Part shown: piece after piece, positions 52,318 through 61,476 of the stretch
How the letters are laid out: each line of letters opens with the position of its first letter
Position numbering within the stretch: the first letter of the stretch is position 1
Assembly (NCBI GenBank): GCA_946613265.1
Contig: CAMOFK010000003.1
Coordinates: 24,790-88,789 of the forward strand
Direction: 5' to 3'
Origin: an uncultured Verrucomicrobiota bacterium
GTDB taxonomy: Bacteria; Verrucomicrobiota; Kiritimatiellia; RFP12; UBA1067
DNA length: 64,000 nt
Made by a program: the position numbers and the translations under genes
Notes under the pieces: generated by a model
What the model was told of the DNA's origin: nothing
Databases searched by the model: none
Seen by the model: only the letters and a program-made list of their open reading frames with translations

Positions 52318-53586
52318 ATGAAAAAGGCTTTTCTACTCTTGGCGCTTTTTACGGCGGCTCTCGCAAACGCCGCACCGGTGACAGCGCGCGGCACCGGGCG
52401 CAACGCGGACTACCGCGCGGCGATCTACGACGCTCTCGCGCAGGCGATGAGCCAGGTCCAGGGGCTCAGCCTCCAGGAATCCAGAGAATCGCTTCTCGAC
52501 GCGCTTGAACAATCAAAGCGCTCGACGGGGAAAGAGGACTTCACGCTCAGCGATGCGCGCGAAGCCTTGAAGCAATCCGTCAGCGCAAAGACCGAAGGGC
52601 GGATTCTCGGCTACGAGATACTGAAAGAGGAGTTCGACCAGCAGACGAAGACCTGGCGCGTCGAAGTCGAAGCGAAGATGCCCGGCCGCTACATCGTAGG
52701 GCGAGATCCCGACAATCTGCGGCGCATGGTCGTAATGCCCTTCCACTCCTTGACGCCGGAGTTCTCCCTCGACGGCGCAAAAATCGAATGCGCGAAAGGC
52801 TGCGAAGAAATCGCAGCCGCCCTCGACACCTGCCTGACGCATACGCGCAAATTCACGATGCTCGACAGGCGCTTCAACACCGAGACGCTCGCGGAGCTTT
52901 CGCGCCTCGACATGGCCAACTCCTCCCCCGCAGATCTCGGACGCTTCGGCCAGCTCCTCGTAACCGATTACATGGTGATCGGCACGGTGAAATATCTGCC
53001 GCGCGCCGCGGCCGTCTCCAACTCCTACACCGGCATGACGGCCGCGCAGGATTCCACCTTCCTCGAAATCTCGTACCGCGTGCTGCTGGTCCCGACTTCA
53101 CAGCTCAAGTGGGCGGGCGTCGTGAAAATCCCATACTCCGCATGCGGCGGCGCGACGGGCGAAGAGACGCTCTCCAACGCCATCGAATACGCCGCGGAGA
53201 CGATATGCGAAGAGATAATATCCAACATCTATCCTATTCGCGTCGCCGCGCACGCCGCATTCGAACTCGTCCTGAACCAGGGCGGACGCAATGTCAGGAT
53301 CGGCGATGAATTCGAAGTCTTCAAGCGCGGCGCGCCCATCGTCGATCCTACGAACGGCGAATCGCTCGGCTTCACGGAAGACATGATCGCGCGCATTCGC
53401 GTCACTCGCGTGACGCCGAAGGCAAGCTACGCCATCGTGACCGAAGGGACGCCGTGCGGCGATATCGAAATCGGCGCGATCGTCCGGCGTCCCGCCTGGG
53501 GAGGCGCGGGCGCGTACGCCCCGCAAGGCGCTGCGACGCCTGTGCAGGTCGCTCCGGACGGCGGAGTGAAAGTGCCGTGGATGTAA
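52318..53586 (+). CDS. Secreted protein: LPP20-like N-domain + CsgG/HfaB-like core + C-terminal beta domain
   Basis: SPI signal ALANA-AP. GTGRNADYRAAIYDALAQAMSQVQG (LPP20-like). RMVVMPF...THTRKFTMLDR...LLVTDYMVIGTV (CsgG-like). Confidence 0.45.
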   Translation: MKKAFLLLALFTAALANAAPVTARGTGRNADYRAAIYDALAQAMSQVQGLSLQESRESLLDALEQSKRSTGKEDFTLSDAREALKQSVSAKTEGRILGYEILKEEFDQQTKTWRVEVEAKMPGRYIVGRDPDNLRRMVVMPFHSLTPEFSLDGAKIECAKGCEEIAAALDTCLTHTRKFTMLDRRFNTETLAELSRLDMANSSPADLGRFGQLLVTDYMVIGTVKYLPRAAAVSNSYTGMTAAQDSTFLEISYRVLLVPTSQLKWAGVVKIPYSACGGATGEETLSNAIEYAAETICEEIISNIYPIRVAAHAAFELVLNQGGRNVRIGDEFEVFKRGAPIVDPTNGESLGFTEDMIARIRVTRVTPKASYAIVTEGTPCGDIEIGAIVRRPAWGGAGAYAPQGAATPVQVAPDGGVKVPWM

Positions 53587-53642
53587 ACATCCCGCAAACC
53601 GCAGAAACAGCTTCGACAAAGAAAAGGAAAGGAAGACAACAT

Positions 53643-55334
53643 ATGAAGCTAGCAGCAATGCCTGTATGCGCATTGGCGGCGGGCGCCGCCTTCTGCGCGT
53701 TCGCCCAGGAAATGGGGGAAATCGTCGAGCAGCCCGCGGAGACGCCGGCGCAGCTCGCGCAAGATGCCGTCCAGACCGTGCAAGAGAGCGCGCGGGCCGA
53801 TCAGGGCGTGCAAGTCGTGGAAGAGGCGCAGAAAACGCCGCCCGCGGAATACACCGGCGCGAAGAACGCCAACGACGCGATGGTAGAATGGATCGGCGCG
53901 CGGGGCTACATCGAAGGCTATTCCACGGAGCGCGGATACTTCCTGCAAATCGGCGTGGCGCGCGACAACTCCATGAATCCCGTCGAAGAGGACTTCATGA
54001 CCAAGCGCGAACTGCTGTACCGCGAGGCGCAGCTGCGCGCGAAAATCGAAATCAGCGCCCTCGTGGAGCGCGAAGCCAGCGGCGCCAACTGGAAACAGGG
54101 GCTTGACGAAAAGCAGGTCAAGGAGTTCGAGGCGCGCTTCGCAAACGAAATCAACGCCATGAACGAGATGAAGCGCAAAGTCGCCAAGCTCATGGTCGCC
54201 CTCGATACCGCGGAGACGGAAGCGCTCAAGGGCGTCACGACGACCGACCGCCTCAACAGACTCGTCGATGCAGCGATAAAGAAACTCGACAGCTCCTACG
54301 CCGCCGGAGAAATCGCCGCCGAAAAGCAGGCGCGCTACGAAGAAATCCGCAGAGCCTACGAAAGCGCCAAAGCCGCCGCGGACGAGCTGGAGCTGAAGAA
54401 GAGCGACCTCTTCCCGGATCAGACTGTCGGCGCGAAGATCGACACCGCCGCGACGCTCCGCCTGCACGGCGTCGTTCCCCTGCATACCATCGAGTCCTAC
54501 GACGGCAAGGAATACCAGATCGCCGTGGCGGCGATCTGGAGCCCGAAGCTCGAAGAGCGCGCGATGAAGATCCTCGCGCGCAAAGAAGTCGCGGCCGGCA
54601 AACCGACGGAAGACCGCACTCTCCAAGAGTATCTGCGCGCGAACAGAGAGGCGCTGGCCGCGATGGTCGGCTCTCGGCAGTTCTTCGACAAGAACGGGAG
54701 GCTGTACTTCTACGGAATAAGTGCGCAGGATCTGCCTGAAGACGCGATCGAGAAAGACGAGGCGATGACCTTCGCGAACGCGATGGCCATACAGTCCGTG
54801 CTCATGTCGCTCTACACCGAAGGGACCGGCGTGACCAAGGCGTCCGCCGCGCTCGCCAAGCGCAAGAAACGCGCCGGCGAAGTCGTGAAGACGCTGTCGG
54901 AGAACATGTACGAATCCACTCCGCAGAATATGATCGTCAGCGGGCTTGGCAAGGTTTACAGCTTCGAGACCGAAAGCCCCGTCACGCACAAGCCCATCTA
55001 CATCTCCGTAGCGGCGGTGGATGCCGCGCTCGCCGCGAAAGCGCCGGCGATCAAGCGCGCCTGGGATGTCAATGCGTCGAACACCGTGCGCACGCTCAAC
55101 GCGATCGCCGGCGAGCGCCAGGGCGCCGAAGACGCCTACCAGGACGCGAAGAACTCGAAGGCCGAATTCGAGAACGCGCGCAGGAACGCGCGCGATGCAA
55201 TCAACGCTGAAGTCAAGCGCGCGCGCGGCGGCGCCGTCCAGACCGCGCCCGTCGCGCCGCGCGCCCCGCAGAAGCCCGGCAAAGCCTCGCAGGGAATCTT
55301 CGGCGCGGACGCCGCGGTCAGCGACGACTTCTAA
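53643..55334 (+). CDS. Hypothetical secreted coiled-coil protein (563 aa)
   Basis: Signal peptide ending AFCAFA-QE. Long helical regions. I recognise no family. Confidence 0.55.
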   Translation: MKLAAMPVCALAAGAAFCAFAQEMGEIVEQPAETPAQLAQDAVQTVQESARADQGVQVVEEAQKTPPAEYTGAKNANDAMVEWIGARGYIEGYSTERGYFLQIGVARDNSMNPVEEDFMTKRELLYREAQLRAKIEISALVEREASGANWKQGLDEKQVKEFEARFANEINAMNEMKRKVAKLMVALDTAETEALKGVTTTDRLNRLVDAAIKKLDSSYAAGEIAAEKQARYEEIRRAYESAKAAADELELKKSDLFPDQTVGAKIDTAATLRLHGVVPLHTIESYDGKEYQIAVAAIWSPKLEERAMKILARKEVAAGKPTEDRTLQEYLRANREALAAMVGSRQFFDKNGRLYFYGISAQDLPEDAIEKDEAMTFANAMAIQSVLMSLYTEGTGVTKASAALAKRKKRAGEVVKTLSENMYESTPQNMIVSGLGKVYSFETESPVTHKPIYISVAAVDAALAAKAPAIKRAWDVNASNTVRTLNAIAGERQGAEDAYQDAKNSKAEFENARRNARDAINAEVKRARGGAVQTAPVAPRAPQKPGKASQGIFGADAAVSDDF

Positions 55335-55440
55335 GCACGCGGCGGCAAGGCGGAAGCGGACGCGCCGGGCGGCGCCCGGACGCGTCCGCGCTTCTTTCGA
55401 CCCACGAAACATTCTTGCGGCGAACATGTCGGCTTTCACA

Positions 55441-56802
55441 ATGCGAAAACTCCTGCATGGCGGCGCCTGCGCGGCGGCGCTGGGCGCGTTTCTCGCGGCG
55501 AACGCCGCGCGCGGCGCTTCGCTGGCGACGCTGACGAACCGCTACAATCTGAACATAAAAGACGAAGCATCGGGAGTGTACGAGTGGGCGGAGGAGGGGC
55601 TGCTCTTCGTGCAAGTCAGGCTCGCGGAAGCGAGCGGAGACGCCGCAGAGGAAATGGATGCGCAAATCCTCGCCGAAGAGCATCGCCTGCTTTTCGAGTG
55701 GCTGGCCGCGCAGGCGACGGCGGAGCGCAAGGATCCTCCGCTCCCGCAGGGCATGGAGCGCCTTCGCGCGCTCGTTCGCGCGCACATGCCGACGTGGGAG
55801 TACGATGCCGATTGGAACTACAACCTCAAAGGCCCGCATTTTTCGCGGCATGAAATCGGCGAGCGCGTCTGCTGCGCCGTGTATGAAAAGGACAAAGTCC
55901 TCGCGACGATGCCGCCGTCCTTCAAAAAAAGCGCGCCTCCGGAAATATGGCTGCGCGGCGCGAAGGAGCTTTTCTCCTCCAGGGCGCAAACGCTCGCGTC
56001 GCGTCCTTTCCTCTGGGAAGCGGGACTCGTGGATCTGCTTGCGCTTTCTCTCGACGACGGCGCTTCGCCCGCCGGCTGGGTGCGGGAATTCGGCGACGCC
56101 GCTGCCGCGCACTGGAAGGAATACACGGCCGTCGAAAGCGAACTCGCCGCGTACATGGAGAACTCCGCCACGGCGAAGGCGATGGCCGCGGAGAAGCTCC
56201 GCCTCGAAACCCTGCCGGACGAAATCACCTACGAATGGGGAGCCGTAAAGCCGAAAATCGAAAAGACGCAGACGACGGAAACGACGACGAACGCGATCGA
56301 CGGCGCGCTCTTCGAAGTCGTCTCCACCACGAAGACCACGGAGCGCGTCACGCGACTCTTGCGAAAAGTCGTGACGCCGCGCGCGGTCGATCCACGCTTC
56401 GAGAAACTCTTTCTCTCCGCAGGCGCGATGGCGAATGCGGCAGCTCCGCGCACGGCGAAAGGCCGCGAAGCCGAAGCCGCGTTCCTCGCGAAAAGCGCGC
56501 TCCTGCCGGCGCAGCGCGAACGCGCGCTTGTCGAAGCGCTGCGCGAGAATCCCGGCGACAAGGCGCTGTGGAATCTGCTTGGCCGTGCAATGTCCGCGCG
56601 CGGCGACACGCTTGGCGCGCTCGCGTGCCTGCGCAACGCGCTGCGTCTCGACGCCGCCTACGACTACGCCCTCGCGAATCTCGCCGGAATATACGACCGC
56701 CTCGGCAGGCACGCGCTCGCGCAAAGCGCGGCGATCGCCGCCTACGCCTTGGCAGACAACGATTGGTGCAGGAAAGAAGCCCTGCGCATCCTGGAAAAAT
56801 AG
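55441..56802 (+). CDS. Hypothetical secreted protein with C-terminal TPR-like repeats
   Basis: Alternative ATG at 55426. Signal-like N-terminus. C-terminal ALWNLLGRAMSARGDTLGALACLRNALRLDAAYDYALANLAGIY is TPR-like. Confidence 0.5.
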   Translation: MRKLLHGGACAAALGAFLAANAARGASLATLTNRYNLNIKDEASGVYEWAEEGLLFVQVRLAEASGDAAEEMDAQILAEEHRLLFEWLAAQATAERKDPPLPQGMERLRALVRAHMPTWEYDADWNYNLKGPHFSRHEIGERVCCAVYEKDKVLATMPPSFKKSAPPEIWLRGAKELFSSRAQTLASRPFLWEAGLVDLLALSLDDGASPAGWVREFGDAAAAHWKEYTAVESELAAYMENSATAKAMAAEKLRLETLPDEITYEWGAVKPKIEKTQTTETTTNAIDGALFEVVSTTKTTERVTRLLRKVVTPRAVDPRFEKLFLSAGAMANAAAPRTAKGREAEAAFLAKSALLPAQRERALVEALRENPGDKALWNLLGRAMSARGDTLGALACLRNALRLDAAYDYALANLAGIYDRLGRHALAQSAAIAAYALADNDWCRKEALRILEK

Positions 56803-56832
56803 AACCCGCTAGCGCCGCGCCGCATCCCGCAA

Positions 56833-57834
56833 ATGAATTCCATCGCCGCCATAGCGCTCGCGTTCGCAGCTTCGCTCGCCTTCGAACAGGAAACGGCGAT
56901 CGACGACGCGCTCGCCGCGAAAAACATCTGCCGCGGCTACGACGCCGCCAGGCAGGCGTTCACGGCGTACGGCACGGCGTCGGCGCGCCGCCCGGAAGAT
57001 ATGCCGGCTTCCGAGGAATGGGAACTGCGCAGGCGACTCTTCTTCGCCGCGCATGCGAAAGCGCGCAAGGAAATCGCCTTCGCCATGGCTGCGCAGATGC
57101 AGGCGTTCGACGCGACCGCGCGTTCCTCCGGAGAAGGCAGGCGGACGAAAAGCGCGCTCGCCGGAGTTTCCGCGTCGTCCAGAGACGACGCGATAGGCTT
57201 CGCGCCGCTGGCGGTGCGCTGCGGCGTCCGCGACGGCGCATGCACGCTGACGCTGGCTCTCGAGTGGAGCGAAGAGCGCGAACGCCGCGCGCGCGCTTCG
57301 CTCGCCGGCGCTCTCGCCCCCTCCCCGGATTGGGAGCGCGAGATGAAAGAATATTTCGCGCGGCTCGGCGAAGATTCTCTCGCGCCCTTCGGGCTGTTCG
57401 AAGATTCTCGCGGCTTCGTGCATTTCTTCGGCGCGGATATTGCCGAACACGCCGCAGAGGAATCGCGCACGCGCGCGAATATCGCGGAAAAGCGCGCGCA
57501 GACGCGCGCGCTCGCCGCCTTGCAGGCCGCATGCGACGGCACAGCCGCGTTTTCCGCGCACGCGCTCGCCGGCGCGGCGCTCGCGGATGGCGCGGAAGAC
57601 GACGCCAAAGCCATCGCCGGCGCGGCGAAGCGCGCCGCGCGCGGCGCCATGCGCCCTTTCGCGCCAGTGGCCGAAAAGCCGCTCGCGGCGCATGCGGGAT
57701 GCGCGTCGCGCAGATACATCGTCTATGCCGCAGTTCCGGAAGCGACGCCGCAAGAAGCCGGCGAGGCCGCGCCGCAAACGCCCGCGCGCGTACAAATCTG
57801 GAATCCCGCGACGCAACGCTTCGAACAACGCTGA
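56833..57834 (+). CDS. Hypothetical secreted protein (333 aa)
   Basis: Signal peptide MNSIAAIALAFAASLA-FEQ. No recognisable domain. Confidence 0.5.
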   Translation: MNSIAAIALAFAASLAFEQETAIDDALAAKNICRGYDAARQAFTAYGTASARRPEDMPASEEWELRRRLFFAAHAKARKEIAFAMAAQMQAFDATARSSGEGRRTKSALAGVSASSRDDAIGFAPLAVRCGVRDGACTLTLALEWSEERERRARASLAGALAPSPDWEREMKEYFARLGEDSLAPFGLFEDSRGFVHFFGADIAEHAAEESRTRANIAEKRAQTRALAALQAACDGTAAFSAHALAGAALADGAEDDAKAIAGAAKRAARGAMRPFAPVAEKPLAAHAGCASRRYIVYAAVPEATPQEAGEAAPQTPARVQIWNPATQRFEQR

Positions 57835-57880
57835 AATCTCCGCCCCCCCCGTCCACGACAGGAAAGGATCAATAACAACT

Positions 57881-58414
57881 ATGAAGAGAATAGTCTGCAC
57901 AGCATTCGCGGCGCTCGCCGCAGCGGCGGCATCCGCGCAAGTCCTGACGCCGCAGACAGGCGTCGCCAACGACCACGGCAACCAGCCGGAACTCGCGCAG
58001 CATCACGTCGTCTTCCAGCCGCGCACGGCGGAAACGGGCTACGGCTACGACGACGGCATGACCGTCGCGGGCTTCACGTTCCTCGCGTGGGCGGCGCCGA
58101 ATTCCTCCTGGGACGTGCACGGCGTGCGCTTCAATTTCGGCTGGGGGGCGCATCGCGAAATGATCGGCCTGGATACGGGCTTCTTCGGCTCGTGCGCGTA
58201 TCTCGGCGGCGTCGCCGCCACGATCGCGGGCAACTACTCCAGCGGCAACACCGACGGCGTCGCCCTCGGATGCGTCAATGTCGCCGACGCGCGCATGCGC
58301 GGCTTGCAGCTCGGCATCGTCAACTACGCCGGCGAGCTGCAAGGCGTGCAACTCGGCCTGCTCAACTTCAACACGGCGGGAATAACGCTGCCGGTGCTTA
58401 ATATCGGCTTCTGA
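57881..58414 (+). CDS. Secreted Gly-rich beta-repeat protein (GxQxGxxNxA repeats)
   Basis: Signal AAASA-QV. Repeats GVALGCVNVAD / RGLQLGIVNYAG / QGVQLGLLNFN. Confidence 0.55.
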   Translation: MKRIVCTAFAALAAAAASAQVLTPQTGVANDHGNQPELAQHHVVFQPRTAETGYGYDDGMTVAGFTFLAWAAPNSSWDVHGVRFNFGWGAHREMIGLDTGFFGSCAYLGGVAATIAGNYSSGNTDGVALGCVNVADARMRGLQLGIVNYAGELQGVQLGLLNFNTAGITLPVLNIGF

Positions 58415-58442
58415 CGCCGCGAATCCCCTTCCGCGCCTGCGC

Positions 58443-59912
58443 ATGGCATGCGTCAAGAGAGTCTTCGCGGCGCTCGCAGCCGCCGCGGCGTTCGCAGGCT
58501 GCCGCACGGCCGACGACGTGATGCGCGACTACGACGCCGGCTTCGCCGCCGGCGCGTATTCCGCAGGCGCGGCGGAGACGGATTCGCTCGCGGCGAAAGG
58601 CGGCGACGACGCGCTCCTCTGGCACCAGCTCGCCGGCGCGGCCATGCGCCTGGACGGCGACGACGACGGCGCGCGGCGCAATCTCGACGCCGCCGAGCAT
58701 TGCTACGCGGCCAACGATACGCGCGGGATATTCTCGCGCGCGGCATCCGCATCGTTCGCGATGATGACGAACGACGCGATGTTCCCGTACGACGGCGACG
58801 GCGTGGATCGCGTCTTCACCTGCCTATACAAGGCGATCGACTTCCTCGCCGCCGGCGCAGAAGACAAGGCGCGCGTCGAACTGAACCGCGCCATGCAGTA
58901 CCAGAAGAACTGGCTCTACGACCGCCGCAAGGATATCGAAGCGGCGCGCAAGCGCTTCACCGCCGACTCCGAGCGCTACATACGCTCGCAGAAGGCGAGC
59001 ATCGCAGGAGCGCGCGAACGCGCGCGCCTCGCCGCCGCGCCGCTGGCCGACGCGCAATTCTGCCGGTACGTCGCGGCGAACTGCGCATTCGATCCATCGC
59101 GCGACGGGGATCTCGAGAAGCTGGCGGGCGCGAAGGCCTACCTCAACCCATACGCATTGCACCTGACGGGGCTGTTCCGGTGGCTCGCGGGAGATTCCGA
59201 CCGCAACGAACTGCGCGACGCCGCGGCGCTGGCGCGGCGTTCGCGCACCGCGCAGCGCGACGCGGCCGGGCGCAAGGCGCGCGAGACGCCGCGCGACCAA
59301 GTCTGGGTGTATATCGAAGACGGGCTTTGCCCGCGCAGGCGCGAATGGCGTTTCAGCCTGCCGCTCTGCTACATACCCGGAGCGGGGCGCTATCTGCCGT
59401 ACGTCGGGATGGCGCTGCCCACGCTGGAATACCGCGCAGCGGGCGCGGCGGACTGGCGCGTCGCCGGCGCGCCGCCCGAACTTCTCGCGGACATCGACGC
59501 GATGGTCAAGGCGGAGTACGACATATACATGAAGGAGGCGCTGGCGCGCGAAATCTCGCGCACGGTTATTCGCGCGTGCATGGAAATCGCTCTCGGCATC
59601 CTCGCCGAACGCCACAAAAACCAGGACGACTTCTGGGCGTACAAAGCCGCGCAGATCGGCGTCGCGATATGGGCGGCGGCGTGCACGAAAGCCGATTTGC
59701 GCTCGTGGACGGCGCTGCCGAAGAGAGTGCTCGTCGCGCGCGTCGCGAGGCCGCCGAACGGCCGGATCGATATTTCCTGCGGGAGGCACGCGCTGACGGT
59801 AGCGCTCCCGCCCGGCAACTCGATCGTATTCATCCGCAAGAGCGGGCCGGACGCCGCGCCTGTGGCAAAGACCGCCGTCTTCAATTCCGCGGGGCGGCTC
59901 CTGCGCCGCTGA
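58443..59912 (+). CDS. Hypothetical lipoprotein (489 aa)
   Basis: Lipobox AAAFAGC. Helical N-terminal half. No family confidently recognised. Confidence 0.55.
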   Translation: MACVKRVFAALAAAAAFAGCRTADDVMRDYDAGFAAGAYSAGAAETDSLAAKGGDDALLWHQLAGAAMRLDGDDDGARRNLDAAEHCYAANDTRGIFSRAASASFAMMTNDAMFPYDGDGVDRVFTCLYKAIDFLAAGAEDKARVELNRAMQYQKNWLYDRRKDIEAARKRFTADSERYIRSQKASIAGARERARLAAAPLADAQFCRYVAANCAFDPSRDGDLEKLAGAKAYLNPYALHLTGLFRWLAGDSDRNELRDAAALARRSRTAQRDAAGRKARETPRDQVWVYIEDGLCPRRREWRFSLPLCYIPGAGRYLPYVGMALPTLEYRAAGAADWRVAGAPPELLADIDAMVKAEYDIYMKEALAREISRTVIRACMEIALGILAERHKNQDDFWAYKAAQIGVAIWAAACTKADLRSWTALPKRVLVARVARPPNGRIDISCGRHALTVALPPGNSIVFIRKSGPDAAPVAKTAVFNSAGRLLRR

Positions 59913-59937
59913 CTCCGCAGACTATCCGACACAACCC

Positions 59938-61455
59938 ATGCAAACTCTATATCTATACGGGCCGCCGGCGTGCGGGAAATCCACGCTCGCGAAAAAGCTC
60001 TCGCGCGACTTCGCGCGCCGCGCCGTCGATCTCGACGAAGCGATCGTGGAAAAGACGGGAATGCCGATCTCGCGCTTCTTCGCAGAACGCGGCGAGCGCG
60101 CGTTCCGCGAACTGGAGTCCGCCGTGCTGAGGGAGACGAAAGCGGATATAGTCGCGCTCGGCGGCGGCACGCTCCTCGATCCGGGCAATCGCGAATTCGC
60201 CGAACGGAACGGCTTTGTCGCCGTCCTCGATGTCGATGAAGGAGAGATCGCGCGGCGCATCGCGCTCGCGAAAGGCACGCGGCCGCTTGGCGACAAGGCG
60301 GCGGAGCGCCGCGCGCACTACGCCTCCTTCCGGCATCACGCCGGCGCGGATACGCGCATCATGCTGCCCGCGCGGCTCTCAGGAGAGACGGCGGTGCCCG
60401 TCTCGAAGAGCCACATGCACCGGCTGGCCATCGCCTCGTTCCTCGCGGGCGCGGAGCCGCCGCCCGCCGCGCCCGGAGAATGCGACGACATAGCGGCGAC
60501 GCGCCGCTGCCTCGCCGCGCTCGCGGCAGCGAAAGCCGCCGGCGGGCGCGCCGTGCTGGATTGCGGGGAGAGCGGCTCGACCTTGCGCTTCCTCGCACCT
60601 GTCGCGGCGGCGCTGGGCGTGGATGCGCAGTACATCCGGCGCGGACGACTGGCGAAGCGCCCGATGCTCGACTTCTCGGACCTCGCGCCAGGCCGCCACG
60701 AGCTTGCGGGCAATGTATCTTCACAATTCGCGACGGGGCTGATATTCGCGCTGCCGCTGCTCGCGGGCGATTCGGAAATCGTGTTCTCGTCGCCGCTGGA
60801 ATCTCGCGGCTACGTGGATATGACGCTCGACGTCGTGCGCGCCTTCGGAGTGCGCATCGACGAAACGCCAAGCGGCTTCGCAATCCCCGGGAACCAGCAC
60901 TTCCGCGCCCCGCGCGGCGGCGTGCATCCCGAAGGCGACTGGAGCGCGGCGGCCTTCTGGTTCGCCGCGAACGCCCTCGGCGCGTCCATCGCCGTTTCCA
61001 ACGTCAGCGAAAATTCCCGCCAGCCGGACCGCGCGATACGCGAGCTGGCAGAGCGCGCCGCATCGCCCGAAGGCGCGACGATCGACATTTCGCAATGCCC
61101 CGATCTTTATCCCGCGCTCGCCGCCGTCGCCGCGGCGACGCCCGGGCGCACGCGCTTCATCAACGCCGCGCGCCTGCGCATCAAGGAGTCCGACAGGATA
61201 GCCGCGATGGAAAAGGTGGCCGCGGCGCTTGGCGCGGGCGCCTCTTCAACGGCCGGCGAAACCGTGATCGAAGGCTCGGGCGCGGCGCTCGCACCATGCG
61301 AAATCGATTCCGCCGGCGACCACAGGATCGCCATGGCGGCGGCGATAGCATCGACGCGCGCGGCGGGGCCGGTCATGATCCACCGCGCTTCCTGCGTAGC
61401 AAAGAGCTACCCGGAATTCTTCGAGACTTTCGCTTCCCTCGCGGCGCACTCGTGA
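59938..61455 (+). CDS. aroA: Bifunctional shikimate kinase / 3-phosphoshikimate 1-carboxyvinyltransferase (AroK-AroA fusion)
   Basis: N-terminal LYGPPACGKST P-loop...FRELE...GGG (AroK). From about aa 150, VSKSHMHRLAIASFLAG...SSQFATGL...RIKESDRI...DHRIAMA (AroA). Confidence 0.8.
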   Translation: MQTLYLYGPPACGKSTLAKKLSRDFARRAVDLDEAIVEKTGMPISRFFAERGERAFRELESAVLRETKADIVALGGGTLLDPGNREFAERNGFVAVLDVDEGEIARRIALAKGTRPLGDKAAERRAHYASFRHHAGADTRIMLPARLSGETAVPVSKSHMHRLAIASFLAGAEPPPAAPGECDDIAATRRCLAALAAAKAAGGRAVLDCGESGSTLRFLAPVAAALGVDAQYIRRGRLAKRPMLDFSDLAPGRHELAGNVSSQFATGLIFALPLLAGDSEIVFSSPLESRGYVDMTLDVVRAFGVRIDETPSGFAIPGNQHFRAPRGGVHPEGDWSAAAFWFAANALGASIAVSNVSENSRQPDRAIRELAERAASPEGATIDISQCPDLYPALAAVAAATPGRTRFINAARLRIKESDRIAAMEKVAAALGAGASSTAGETVIEGSGAALAPCEIDSAGDHRIAMAAAIASTRAAGPVMIHRASCVAKSYPEFFETFASLAAHS

Positions 61456-61476
61456 AGCGCGCCGCACGGGAAGCGG

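Noticed and set aside
53649-56724. Minus-strand ORFs of 596 aa and 468 aa, and plus-strand ORF 55947-57875 (642 aa)
   Set aside because: They are antisense or out of frame relative to the exported-protein operon genes, which have signal peptides and Shine-Dalgarno sequences. The competitors are Arg-rich with no start context.
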